A stretch of DNA of 51,935 bases from Catajapyx aquilonaris. Its lineage: Eukaryota. The notes under the pieces were generated by a model. It was not told the origin of the DNA and ran no database searches. It saw only the letters and a program-made list of their open reading frames with translations. Location: NCBI GenBank assembly GCA_000934665.2, contig JYFJ02002727.1, forward strand, positions 1 to 51,935, read 5' to 3'. A program made the position numbers and the translations under genes. Below, one piece after another: positions 35,601-48,700 of the stretch (positions within the stretch are counted from its first letter, which is position 1; each line of letters starts with the position of its first letter).

Positions 35601-38600
35601 TAATATAGGCCTGTATGCCTCTATATTCGGTAAAGGGACAATATGCTGCCCCAGTGGAGTAAGTAAAACACTTACGTACATATTACTTTTAGGTACCGTA
35701 CAGTGTTACATCTATGCATATGTCATCAGACGAGGCAATTAAATATATAAGCCCTAACATATTTTTCAGTTGAGTATATGGGTCAATATTTCTTCAAGGG
35801 TCAAATTGAGTGTGGTAACAAGTTATGTATTTTCCGAGCATAATTTATTTCCAGCATTCTGCGACTATGTGTATTTTAAAACATTGCAATGCCATGACAT
35901 TTTTATTCATACATTTTACATGATGATCATTTTCTGTCATAATCGTAAGGACCAAGTTTGAAACATTTTCGCATGTATTAAAACTTTACTTTTTTGTTAT
36001 ACTGCACCTACTCGTATGTTATAAGAACACGTCATTTTCATAATTTCATCACTTGCAAGTATTAAGAGTTTAAAAAAGCTGTACTCCCCTAGAATTGTCA
36101 TTATTGATTGGAGTTGGGTCATTATCGTTACATTGCGCCAAGTTACCGACAATTGAGGTCACATATTCAAATTAACAAAAGACTTATCTGAATCAGATAA
36201 ACATTCGTATAGCACTAAATTGATGGGATACGGAACTATTTTTAAGGCTGCAACATTTCTGTCTGCACAATTTAAACAATACATGAGCCGGAAATTTGAC
36301 GCCAATTTTATAGTAAACGTAATTCTTGCATCTTTGTGAATAATCCACAGCAGACAACTTATTGCGATAACTGAGTGCGATTAAAAGCTCGGAAAAAACG
36401 TGGAGTAGCACACTTACAGCCAATGACTGTCCTCGAGGAGCAACAAGCCGTAAAAGCAACAAACTTTAGCTGCTCAACTCCCGTGCAGCTCCTTTCCATA
36501 AAGTAGATATCACCCTGCAGCAAGTAGCTTTTTTAAAAGTTCCACATGACTGACCTGCCATAAACCTGCACTTGAGAGTGAGACCCACCCCCATAATGCT
36601 ATAACAGAGCCGGTCAGGGGCTATAAAAAAAGAGGACTGGAACGCACGGGGCTAAGTCCATCAGGCAGTTGAGCTCGAAACGTGTCCACTTTACGCTGGT
36701 CGACCTGCAATCTAATTCCAGGGAAGGGGGATTGCTGGGACAGTGGAGACAATAGCCTCCCGCACTTTCCTCCAGACCATTATACATCCAGACTCCTATA
36801 TCAATTCCCAAGGCTCAATCTCCACCAACAGGGGTAATTGTGAGGTTGCAATTACTGTAGTTGGGTTCTGATCGGATAGCTGCTGCTGCTATGCAGTTAA
36901 CGGTCGACAACTATTTTAATTAGGTGACATACACTGGATTAACGGGTCGTCGAATTTTAGTATATAATTGAAGTTTATAGGGTTTGTGGAGTTTTATTAT
37001 TGACAGGCTATAGACCCACTTTATATACCGTATACATGTTGCGATTTTTCAGCTTTGATCTGATGTAAGCCTCAGTACACATAGGGAGCTCTGGAGGTGT
37101 TGCAAAAAAGAGCGTAACAGTGAGCAGAAATTGAATTTTTTTATTAGTAAATGATCTACTGATGTACTGAATAGAAGCAGCATATTCTCAATTTTCAGGT
37201 AAAAATATTGCAGTCGATACTGTCTATTGGAGCATGGCACTGTCGGTGTGACGAAAAAAGTTGCGACCATAATCCATGTAAATGTTCGGATCATCCTCCT
37301 GCATACATGCAGTGCTAACCTAGCCGTATGCCCGTATCACCCGGTACCCGAGTGTGCCAAATTTCCGAACACCTAGTGTCCAATAAACAGTTGAGCGAGG
37401 CCACTGGGAATTAGCTTCCGAACTGCACCATGTTCCAGGGACGTGAAACTAAATTGCCAGTGACCCATTCCCATTGGCTCGACTATAAATTAACCCTCTG
37501 GCAAAAGGTCACACGACCGGAATTATCTCTATCAGTCGGCATGAACTGAACTGATAATGAAGGGTTAGTCTACGTCTCATTGAACTTCCCCCGCCATTGG
37601 AGATCTGTCAAGATCCGCATCAGAGGATATAGAATTTAACCCTAGCCGTCCTATGTTAAATTTGTGACAAGGACCGACTCACCTTGTCAAAGTCGCAGAT
37701 GATCTCATTCAGAAGACGAAGGCACTCCAGGCCTTGCTTGTTGATGTCATTCTCGTCGTAAAATTCCTTGTAGTTTGGGATTGAAGCGAACATAACAGCT
37801 ATGATTCCGTACCTTTCGTGATACAATTCCTGTCGAAAAAAGACATTCATTATGAGCAAGTGCAGGTATGAAACGGCCAGCTCCAATTAAGCTGATGGCC
37901 ATAGTGTTAGAAGAGCAATCACATAAATTGTTAATTTTAATTATCACGAATTTTTGCAATTTGCGAAAGAAGATTGATTTGTAATATACAAACGCCGCGG
38001 CGCCTTTCGTAATAAAGCTAGATCCAGCATCACAAAAGACAGCTGTCAAGTTTGATTCAATGCCGGCCTTTTGTACATTCAGGAACCACTAATCTCGAAA
38101 CGAGAAACGGGACAAAAGACGCTTCAAATAAATAGGAAAGGATATATAAAAGCCAGAATCGAGTTATTGGGAAAGTTAGTGCCGTTCGATACAGGCACGA
38201 ACTTCTCTCAACAATGATTGGTGGGGATTCAATTAACTGTCCCAGAATTGGATGACCACGGGGACGTTAATACAGCAGACGAGCAATGTTTGCCTTTTGT
38301 GTGGACTAGAATGGGTCTTAGGACCTTTGGCTCTGATATGTGACGTTTTTACTGCGCCGGAGTAAAAAAAAAAGCAGAAAGGTTTTATAGATTGTTCACA
38401 AGTTAAATTCGGCTCTATCCTAGAAGGAACATATTATTTCTGTTGACTTTACAGTTTTGGGTACATAAAGAGACTTCTATAGCTACAATGTAGAACTACA
38501 CCGCACCAGTGCACAATTTGCTTTACGGAAGAGGAAAAACTACATTTGCTTTTTTCTCAAACTATAGTGAACCGTGTTAGTCCTTGGAGCTCTATCTATA

Positions 38601-41600
38601 GACTGTACGATAATACAGTATTCTACATGAAACGTTCCTCAAAGAGCTATATAGACTATTGACTGAGACTCACATCTTTTGCTTGAAATCCTAAGAGGAA
38701 GTCTTCCGCTACGTGAGCTGGCAGGATGTTTTCTAGGAGAATCTTGTTAATGCCTCTCATTGTTTCCACTTCCTCTTGCTCCACCCTGAGTTTGCTTTTC
38801 CACAAAAAGTCAGCTCTGGAAGTCGACTCCACTTGCCTGTCTAGCGCATGCAGGAGAACTAGCAATGCCAGTAGAACCAGGCTCATTTTGGCCTCGAACG
38901 GGATGTATGGAAACCTGGAAAAGATAAATAGCTGACTGAATTCGAGTGTACTGCATGTAATGAGAAAGCAGGCTGTATATTCAAGTTTACGTTTCTTACC
39001 CGTCACTAATTGTGGAATAATACACCATGAAGGGTTCTGAGTCTATCAGTGTGGCCAATAACAAGTGAGCTATTGCTATTGCTACCATGACGCACAACTT
39101 GACCAGGAAGTTTATCCTCAAGAATACTGAAACTGTGGTAAGTGCCAACGCCGAACTGCACAAAAAGTACTAGAACAAGAAAATGTTAGCGGACAATGTT
39201 CTCAAAGTTCTAAACTAATTTCAAATAACCCAACTCACCGGAGCCAGAAGAGTAGAACCCACCGGCACCACCTCTGTAGAGGGCACCACAGTCTCGTTCC
39301 ACTCCCCAAAAATGACCTCCACAGGAACATCGGGGTCGCTATCTACCTGTAAGAAGCCATCATTATTCGTGCCCCCTAAAAGACACGATCATAATCCCTC
39401 CCTGTAGACCCACCCTGCTCATCCCATGCATGCTCCGCTGATCAAAGGACAACTCAAGTCTCTTTACGTTTTCCACCTTTCAAAACCCCCACATTCGAAC
39501 CCATCCTTATTTATTGACGAAAACCTAGGGTAAACTCCATCGCTCAGCCTATAGGCTCCGCAATCCGGATCCAAATTTCATTCCCACGTTTGACTCGCAA
39601 TAAAGGTTGCAGTATGTGCAATTTGATCAGCGCAGAGCGTGAGCTTGCACCAGGATTGCGGTGATGAATTTTCCCACCTCTTCTATAATCAAACGGTACG
39701 GCTTGTGATTAGGAATTAATCAGATTCAGAGCAGCTCGCACGTGCGAGAAATGCGTCGGTGCAGGTCACCAGGCCGCCAAAGTGTGGCGCAAATTGCGGT
39801 TAATAATGGATGGTACTCACCAGCGTTATAAGTGAACAGGTCGAAACCAGGACCAGAGTGATGATGAAAAGGGAAAATCGGATCCATCTTGAGTTGGCCA
39901 CCACACCTGAAGCACAGGGTGTGCAGGGTATGGGACGTGGGGTCTCGCTGGAGGTACTGTCCGTACCCCAGCAGCGGTCGCACTTGTCCAGCCAGCACAG
40001 GTACAGGAATATGCACAGGACTAGGAGAGTAGGGCCTAGTGTTCCGTACAGGGCCAGTGATCTGAAATTGTGAAAATAATATTAAAATCCTTCGTTGTAT
40101 GATCGAGGCTTCCAATTGGTCCCCGTTCTGCGCCTGCGCAATGGGGGAGGCAGCGCCTCTGGTGGTTGTTTGTCCTAATTTCTTCCTACAAAGTCGGGCC
40201 TAGAAGCGTAATGTTGCAGTGTAATACCTCCAGTGGGCAGTGGGCAGAAAACGTTTACTGATAAATGTTTATCAGCAATTATGGCATCAGCAACTACCTG
40301 CCATGCCGTAAAATTTTAATTCCCTCTGCACATTCCAGCTTCCATAAAATGTTTAGTTACAGTTCCTCCCTCTTCAGTTATCATCCTGACTGCACCACAC
40401 CTGCATTTTTTTTTTTTTTTTGTAACTGACAGTAAAAACATCATTAAAGCGACTGAGCCCTAATGTCGTCGGCAGGAGCCAAAATAATAACACTGTGGCC
40501 GTCATCCCCAACACATTAATTTCAACCTCAATGGCCAGGAAATGTAGCCCTAATGGAATTTCGCGCCCAGTCGGCATGTGTGCACATTTCACTCTAATTC
40601 TCCATTTCGTCACTCTGGGGAGTACCCCCCGCCATACTCACCCATTTTCCATGGAACCTCGTAAAAAAAGGATAGTCGGATTGACTGTGGCTATTCACAA
40701 AATGTCCCCAGCTAAAGCTGATATTAGGAAAATGCATTTGGAGCGAGCACGTACCTTGGTACCGTTAGTATCTGGATGATGGCCATGCAGACGAACACTC
40801 CCAGGGCACTGGTCACATAATATCGGAATTGGGAATCGGGAAGGTTCCTATATTCTTCTTCCGCTTCGCTTTTGCGGAACCATAGAGAGAGAGGGTTGAG
40901 CTCTTCCGATTTTAGCCACTTTCTGGAAGAAAGAAGAGGCAATTTAGGTGGTCCTTAGTGGCTCCTCAGACTCGGACCACTGCCCTTGCCCACCGACAAT
41001 AAAGGAGCTGGAGCTTCCGTTGGCTCTTTTGTAATGGCTAGGGAGGAAAATAAGATGGTAGCCGCTCTAAATTGCATGGGGGGTACTAAAGGGTAGTCTC
41101 CTGGAAGCTGTGATAAATATCGGTTTGGTCAGGTCGTTTTGACGTCAGAAATTGAACTTTGCCGGTTATGGAGGCCTGGGTCTGTTATGATATATTCGTG
41201 CTTGAAAGGAACCTTCAGCTCTCTGTATAAGCCTATGGCATCTAAAAAGAGGCGAAGGAGGACTTTTAATGAAATTTTCCACCACATTATAGAGCACTAT
41301 TAACTCCAGAAAATGAATTTCCCGCAACTTATTACTAGCGATACCTCCAGTTTCCTGTTACATACCAATCGGGTGATATACTAGGTGGAATATTTCGCAA
41401 AAGAAAAAGCCGTCGCCTATTAATGGCTGGCTATTAATAATCGTTAGTACTCTCTCGATGCAAAGAGGAACTCTCTAAGGACCATTTTACTTGAGTGATT
41501 GTGATATTCAAACACAAAATGCACAGCTCTCTGGTCATTAATTTCATTCGTTAATTTTGGATTCGAAATGGCTCATCGCCTGAAGCTACTACGGTGCTCT

Positions 41601-44600
41601 ACAACGAGCTAATTTAGTCCCAACACCAGTCCCAACAAATCCAATAAACACTTCGATTTTTTCTAAAAATGTGGGCTCCAACATCAAAATTACTTAACAG
41701 ATAGAAAAAAAAATCTGAACTTACTTGCATTCTGAAAATGTGTTTTTGCTCGGTAAAAGATTGGACTCCATCATGGTTACGCTCTGAAAGAGAAATGTTG
41801 CTATAGTATATAATGCACTGCTTTTTTTGTAATAGGTTAAAAATCAGACGCTTTCATGGTTCCACTTTCTATGATTGATGAGCTGCATTTTTACTGCATC
41901 ACATTGGAATTTACTTCTAATCTAGGTTGTATTTTCCACCTAATGACCCCAAACAATTTTGTGAACCGTGCAAATCTTGATGACTGCTCATATTGAAAAG
42001 GAAGGGCAAATCCGTGGGCATGGAAATGATAAACGACATCACTTCTGAAGGGCTAGGGGGTGGTGGAAGGAAAGCATTTGTGCAGCTTCCTCCAGCCCCT
42101 CTCTTTCCATCCCCGGCTTCAATTTCCGTGAAGACGAAAGCTTTTCCAAGCCGCTGCATGTTCCCAACATTATCAGTTTTAACCCCTGGCTGCATCCATG
42201 CAGCTCTGGCCATTAATTTTCTCCTACGTCACGTCACACGACTAGACATGAAGTGAGTGCCAATATTGGGAAGAAGAACTACAAATAGCTTACCATAAGC
42301 CCAATATTTTTGGCCATTGTATTTTCAGTAATGTTGGCAAAAGGTTTGTCAGCTCCCCAACACTCCATGGTCTTGGTCATCTTACTCGAACTTCGATTTC
42401 TGTTAATTTCTGCCATCTTGTTTTGGGCATCACCATTAGGTCCTCCACTTCCGGGCTCTTTATTCTGTAATCAATTGGTATTTGGTACATTTTCCCATCT
42501 ATTAAGGAGGGTACTTACCTTGTCTTCGGGTGCTATAATCAGAAATGTCTCCACTTTGTGGTCAGACAAATAGGTTTCCCGGGAAGGCCCGTTGCCAGGT
42601 TCCACTTCGAAGCGACCATTGAGCTGCATCAGTGTCGCTCGAGTTATGTGGACGCGACTGTAAGCCAGGAACCGGAAAAGGTGAGGTCAATATTCAACTT
42701 CAAAAGAAGGGATGATGGGAATGTTAGAGTTCTGAACAGCTGGTCGGGTTCAACTCGATGACATGGCCATAGTTGCAGAACTATAGTTGGACTACTTATA
42801 GGCTATTTTTTTACAAGTCGAGTATTGTGACATACGCGATACGATGATATAAAATTGCAACTCTCTACTTAAAAACGTGACAAACTATTCGTCTGCACGT
42901 TAGTTCAAAGGGTGGGATTTGAATCGTAGTGTTATTCCAGACACGGAAAAACGTCGTCTGTTAGAAAACGTGCGAGAACTGCGAGGTATCAGCTGATAGG
43001 TTCCTAGAAAAATCTATTCCCGAACACCAGCCGTATCAGGAGCTCACAGTTGGATTCGTCCGATACAAGTTTGAAAGACTACGCCATTTCCAGTTTTTTT
43101 TATGAGTCAAGGTTTCTTGTAGCACTTACTGTAGCATTTCAGTTTTCTCATAAGATTTCTGCCGGGACTGAGAAAACACGACGCCTCAAAGCATGCCGAA
43201 TAGGCCCAATGTTATCAGAACAGAATTCACACTGAGCACGTTCCTATCAGCAGTAATAACCAGCAGGGTAAAGCGACCTATAGCCTTATAGAGCAATGGT
43301 AGCAATTAAAGGCTGACTATAAGTGTAACTGATGTAATTTCACTTCTACTGCTGTTATCACTTGTGCCAAACATTATTATTCCAATCAGAGCTGGTTCCG
43401 AAAATGATGAGGAGCATGTGAACCCCCATTGAAATTCTAGTCCGAGTATCTTTCATTAGAGGGAGCTAAAATGATAATATGATTTGTTCGGAGTAAATCC
43501 CTCCTCTCACGGTGAAGTAATAATCAGTGTGGAAACGTCCAACTCGAAACGCCTGCATCTCCTTATTATTCCTACATTCGCTGCAAAAGCTATACGGACT
43601 AACGTTATAAATCCAAGGCGGGGTTTATCCCAGCGGGGATTCCGACATAAATATTCAGCACTTCCAAATAACGATCGCGAATGAGAGGATACATGTGCGG
43701 GTGAGAGAATCTCCAAAATCTTCTAAACCGAGAGAACCTGGGCATTTGCATTGAAATTCCGCATTTTTGACAACCAATAGGATCTTGGAATGAAGCCTAA
43801 CTTGGAATTTGGATGATAATATTTCTCAAGAGGAAATCATATGCTTATTTTACACGCTGAAAAGCGCGAATTAAGTTACTATGGTTATAGTCAGTACAGT
43901 AATATATTGCAGCTATTTATGGAATTCATAATTAAAATTTCTTACGGTTTATAGTTTTCTGAGTCTGATGATATGAATTTCTTCTCAGGAATTTCATTAT
44001 TACTGTATAATCCTAGAAGGTAATACTGTATGTAATAATAAATTATGAATATTAGAGAGGGGAACTGCACACCTCGTAAGTAATATTGTAATTAATCTAA
44101 TATGTTTCTCTCGGGCCCTGCACAAAAACCATTTTACTCTAGGAGTACATAATTTCAGATTTAATGCGCGTATAGGAGTGAAGGTTCGTTTTCCAATTTT
44201 ATTTTTGACGAGGCTGTCCTCACTCCCGCAGGATTTCCAATCCCATTATCGCTCCTCTGTATTTTAAGGGCACACTTTTGAAATTTTTTTTACTTAATTG
44301 CACAGAAGGGTCCATTCTAATGCAGGCTTTTATTCCTTTGAATTAGATAAAAGTGTCAATAATCCTCAATCTTATTAGCAAGTGCAAAGAGGGAGCTTTC
44401 CCAAAAGCTTTTTGCAAGAGCTCTCTTCAGACATGAAAGACTTCAGCACATCCATCATTTTCAAGCAATTACCACAGTATAACGCATATTAAGATAAAAA
44501 GCATGCCACAATGAAAAATTAAACTCCCCTCTTTATTTAAAGTAAGGAATGATTTTAAACTGCCACACTCTATTTTCAGAAGCAGCCTGCTGTAGCACAG

Positions 44601-45790
44601 ATATATTCGCTTAGAATGTAAGAAATATCACAATCCCTTCATCAGCTCGTGTCTGCATGTATGTGGCCTTTTTTTCTGAATAATCGATTCCCTCGAAGGT
44701 GAAATTTTCCAGGAGCAGAGATCGATATTGGCTAGCAGGTATAATAAAAATCGGAGGAAACTTCCCAATCTTACACATGTATATCCTGTACCAAATGGCA
44801 TGGTGCAAGAAAATCACTGCCCTGGGGCCCCCAAAACACAGTAGGAAACAGCATCAGATATCCAGCAGGCAAGATATAAAACGTGTCCTGAATGGTCCTT
44901 TAGGTAATGGCATTCTTAGTCCCTTCACTTGGCAAGATAGGAGAGCTTAAGCACCCCCGAGAGCGATGCATGGACATGAAATCTCTCGTGCAATCAGGCC
45001 AAGAACGATATGTCACCTCATCGTGCTTACTCGGAATTTTTTCGCGCCTTAGTTCAAGGCCCTGGTTAAAATTAGCATTAAGATAACATATGCAACCGCC
45101 AAGTCGTCTGTTTTACTATTGTGTGATCACGAATAGGTACTACCAAGTACTACGATATATTCGGAGCATGCAGGATTACAATCTACGAGCTGCCCATCAC
45201 AGTTATTTTTAACGGTTTATAGCTATTTCGAGCCTATCTCTCAAGTACTGGTATAGGAGTAATAATAGTGACTGAAATAGAAGATTATGGATTGCCTGCA
45301 GGCAAAATGTATGTTTATACTGCACATAATTAAGATGCGCTAATTAGTACGTGGGCAGCTCTTGTCGTGACGACCTCATGCGAATGTGCTATCAAATGGC
45401 TTAAGAAAACTTTCAGGGGTATTAATTTTCATTCAGAGCATGTAATTAAGGCAAGATACTTACAGAGATTGTCAACTTAGAGATGCAACTGCCCTTAGCA
45501 ATAATAATTTACGCACTAGATTGTGCTAAAATTAGTAATTAATCACTCTAATCACTAATTTTATCAAATTGAGAGTATGGGTACCCCACATTTCATTTCA
45601 TTCCATTATAATTATTAATATTTTTGCTTACCCTGGAACACCACCAGACTCCATATGATTTGCAAGAGTGACGTCATCGCTCCACACATCATACTGCCAT
45701 TTTCGCAGTCCCAGAACTCCGCAAAGCACATTGCCGGTGTGGATCCCTATCCGCATATCCACGTTAGAACCAGTCACCTGACGCACAAGC
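29475..45790 (-). CDS. ADCY2: Transmembrane adenylate cyclase, type 2-like (ADCY2/Ac76E group); 14 3' exons, 5' part outside window
   Basis: C1a end [40 protein letters not shown]1b [10 protein letters not shown] (AC2/4/7-type motif); hydrophobic M2 helices; C2a [57 protein letters not shown]; all junctions GT-AG and in phase. Confidence 0.93.
29818..29942 (-). CDS. ADCY2: Adenylate cyclase exon (C2a)
   Basis: [42 protein letters not shown]. Confidence 0.96.
30644..30694. repeat. Compound palindrome (20-bp inverted arms, each internally palindromic)
   Basis: CTGCTAACTTAGCAGTACCA-N11-TGGTACTGCTAAGTTAGCAG. Confidence 0.9.
31222..31549 (+). mobile_element. tRNA-derived SINE (family B), copy 2, with 12-bp TSD
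   Basis: A box TGGCGCCACGG, B box GGTTCAATCCC, CAACAAAAA tail, TSD AAGTGATGAAGG at 31210-31221 and 31550-31561; homologous to 15690-16009. Confidence 0.92.
32475..32592 (-). CDS. ADCY2: Adenylate cyclase exon (C2a)
   Basis: [39 protein letters not shown]. Confidence 0.93.
33884..33985 (-). CDS. ADCY2: Adenylate cyclase exon (C2a)
   Basis: [34 protein letters not shown]. Confidence 0.95.
37683..37829 (-). CDS. ADCY2: Adenylate cyclase exon (C2a)
   Basis: [24 protein letters not shown]...[17 protein letters not shown]. Confidence 0.95.
38674..38914 (-). CDS. ADCY2: Adenylate cyclase exon (M2 end/C2 start)
   Basis: [19 protein letters not shown]...[18 protein letters not shown]. Confidence 0.95.
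39000..39169 (-). CDS. ADCY2: Adenylate cyclase exon (M2 helices)
   Basis: [29 protein letters not shown]... Confidence 0.9.
39239..39346 (-). CDS. ADCY2: Adenylate cyclase exon (extracellular loop)
   Basis: [21 protein letters not shown]...LLAP (NET sequon); 108 nt, phase 0-0. Confidence 0.8.
39821..40061 (-). CDS. ADCY2: Adenylate cyclase exon (M2 helices)
   Basis: [23 protein letters not shown]...[23 protein letters not shown]. Confidence 0.87.
40755..40922 (-). CDS. ADCY2: Adenylate cyclase exon
   Basis: [35 protein letters not shown]...ILTVP. Confidence 0.9.
41725..41783 (-). CDS. ADCY2: Adenylate cyclase exon
   Basis: [19 protein letters not shown]; 59 nt links phase 0 to phase 2. 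Confidence 0.8.
42294..42464 (-). CDS. ADCY2: Adenylate cyclase exon (C1b)
   Basis: NKEPG...[30 protein letters not shown]. Confidence 0.9.
42519..42657 (-). CDS. ADCY2: Adenylate cyclase exon
   Basis: [23 protein letters not shown]...[21 protein letters not shown]. Confidence 0.93.
45632..45790 (-). CDS. ADCY2: Adenylate cyclase exon (C1a end)
   Basis: [19 protein letters not shown]...HMESGGVPG. Confidence 0.95.
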
Positions 45791-48700
45791 CTGAAATTGC
45801 AAAGAAAATGCATGCACATGAATAAGACATAAAGTAGACAAAAAATATATAAAACTTCAAAAATCTGCACAGATATTGCAGCCATTTCTCAGCAGGTCTG
45901 AACCGGGTGATGGGTGTGTGGCCACAACCATAAAGGACAGAGGGCACATCTTGATACATTTTATCGACTTTTTCTTGCAGTTTTTTTTTTGTCGTAGTGG
46001 ACTTCCTCTTTCTGCCCTTTATTTTCTTTTTCTTAACGGACGAGAAAAGGACCGTAGCGTGAGTGGGTCACTTAAAAAGAATAGCCCTTGACATTAACAG
46101 GCACTGAAAGCGACAGCCTGAACGAGTGGGCTGTTGTACATGGTCTTTTAGTTTACCACGAATGCAGTCTCATTTGTGAGGTTGATAAATTCCTCTTTAC
46201 AATATTTTATGTATAAAGAAAATATCAATTTTGACAACCTAAACGGGTGACGTGTCCATCATGCGGCTGCAAGTAACGTAATAATTCAACAACATTCACT
46301 TTGTCAATCCAGTGAATTAGGTGAAAGGCTTGCTCTAAACCCGCAGACGTCAATGCCTGTTACCTGATTCTTAAATAATAGAGTGCCTCCCAGGAAATTG
46401 AAGACGACGCCTTGTCCACATAGCCAACCAGCCAATCCATATTGCAACTTTGCTCTAAGTGCTTCGGCTGCTCATTTTTGAACACAAAATGGTGACGTCA
46501 AGAATCACTCTCTGACTAAGACACTGATATTACCTTAATAATACTGAACAACTTATTATCGAAAATGAATCTTAATACTCTGTGATAAATGTGGAATTAC
46601 ACGAACGTCTTCAAAATGTCTTTAATTAATGTGTAAAGGTTAGAACAAACTCTGTAATTCCCTAGAAGGCACTGATACCACAACCAAAGTCTAATACTCT
46701 AGGCCGCAAATCCTGCCCGAAGGAACCTCTAACTGATGGCAAAAAAACAGCAAAAAGTTCCAAGTTCCATCAGCCACTAAGAAGTTAGATCTTCAATTTC
46801 ACCCTAACAAAGTCGGTAAATCTCCTGAAAATCCCAACCGTCATTCAATCCGTTCAAACCCAATTTCCATCAGAAATAGTCGCAATTATTTTTAGACCGC
46901 CATCTTTCCTTTCTAGACAACACCGATAACATCTCGAGGCAACACCTTCACTTGGTGGATGCAACTGAAGGTTTCGCGTTTTCCCCAAGTGCAGATTTGC
47001 CTTTAGGGCTGGTGCCCAACTCCGTGTAAGTTTCAAGTCAACGGGTTTGGATCTAATATTCAAAAGCTGGGTTACATATGAAAGGGTGCTTCGAGTCGAA
47101 CCAGAAGTTATAGATGGCTTTTCATATATTTTTTCCCCAGAAATTCTGGCTTTGGAAAATTATTCGCAGACATATTAATGGGGATAACTGGGTAGTAAAC
47201 ATGTTTTCCTGTCCCAGACGCCATTTTTTTGCTATGTTCTACTTAACTGCAGGTTACTCCCGGGCAGGTGCATGGATGGGTAATTAATTAGAGTTATCAG
47301 GAAGCATTTCGCTATCTGTGAGAGGCTCTGGCGTAAATTACTGCCTTATCGCATTTGTTAAGGTGCAACTGGGGACTATTAAGATTAAGTTACGTGATCA
47401 GAGTCCAGAGGAGAAAGCTAATAATGAAAGTTTAGTGCTATGCGTATCAAGTAATGAGTTGGAATTAACGTTTCAAGTCACTTTACCGCCACATCACAGT
47501 AAAAGTAATGAAAAGACTATTGCAGTGAGTTATTCTACTCTACTCAATTGTTTTTAGCAGGGTGGAACGTTTACCAACAAAGCGTAGCCTACATGTTAAT
47601 GGGGAAATGCAAGGAGGGGCTGAAGAGAAAATTGAGGCTTAAACTTTCAACAATCATGACCTCCTGCTTTTATGTCAAATGTTCCATCCTGCATATAGCC
47701 TGCCAATAATGATTATTGCAAAACCTATAGGGGTGCAAAAATGATCGATTTATTTGAAGAACTGAAATTCAGCTGGCGCCGACCATTTCGAGATATGAGC
47801 GTTTGGACGAGTTCGAAGATTTCACTCTCCCTTACGCCTTATGGGTTCCTTTTTTCCAAATATTTCTGCAATAAATAAATATCTGAAGCAAAAAACTATC
47901 AACCACCAAAAAGTGCGCGTCAAGGTTTTACAGAATTGTACGGTACACATGGATAACTAAATAATATTTGAAATGTTACTCTCGTTCCCCTGCATTTCAG
48001 TGTGCATTATTTATTCTTTCTACGACGTATATAGGGGTGTCACATTTTAAATTCCAACTGTCATTATAAAACATCTGTTAAAAGGAACATGAAAATTACA
48101 CTCGTTGCATTTTCACGTTTTAATAAAATGTGCAGCTTGCATAGGCCTGCATGCACTTAAGGAAGTGTAGAATGACACCGCCACGCCGTGGAGTGTTTAG
48201 ATGGCGGGTGTTGGAGGGCTTTAATTAAGTCTAAGGCTTCCTCGGGTTTATTACGAGCTTCACACTAATATACCGAATGTCTGGCGAAAGCATTGCTTCT
48301 GACAACCTGCAAGGTGAATAATATTCCATAAGCCTTGCTATAGTGGTAGGTTGTGCACTCTACATGTATCTGGAAGTCTCGGAGTTTATGATGCATCCTT
48401 ATCCTCTTTAATATGTTCACGTGGTAAGCTTCTGCGTATAACTACATCATATTTTAATAGTTAGACTGGTTCCGGGGCAATAATAGTCGCATGATGATAC
48501 AGTAATAAATAGCCGAAATGGCTGGAGTATATGAACATTAAAGTAGAAACTGAGGTGAGCGAACGTTGAACCAGAAATAACGAGCGTGTATCATCATAAA
48601 AAGGATTAAGAAATTTAATTTGATTTTAAATGAGCGTAAAAACGGTAAAGCAAGAAATTAGTGTAACATCAGGTTATCTCCGCAGCTTGATGTCTTTGCA

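Noticed and set aside
35345..35681. Possible LINE ORF2 C-terminal fragment ([16 protein letters not shown]) on minus strand
   Set aside because: Resemblance too weak to support without a search
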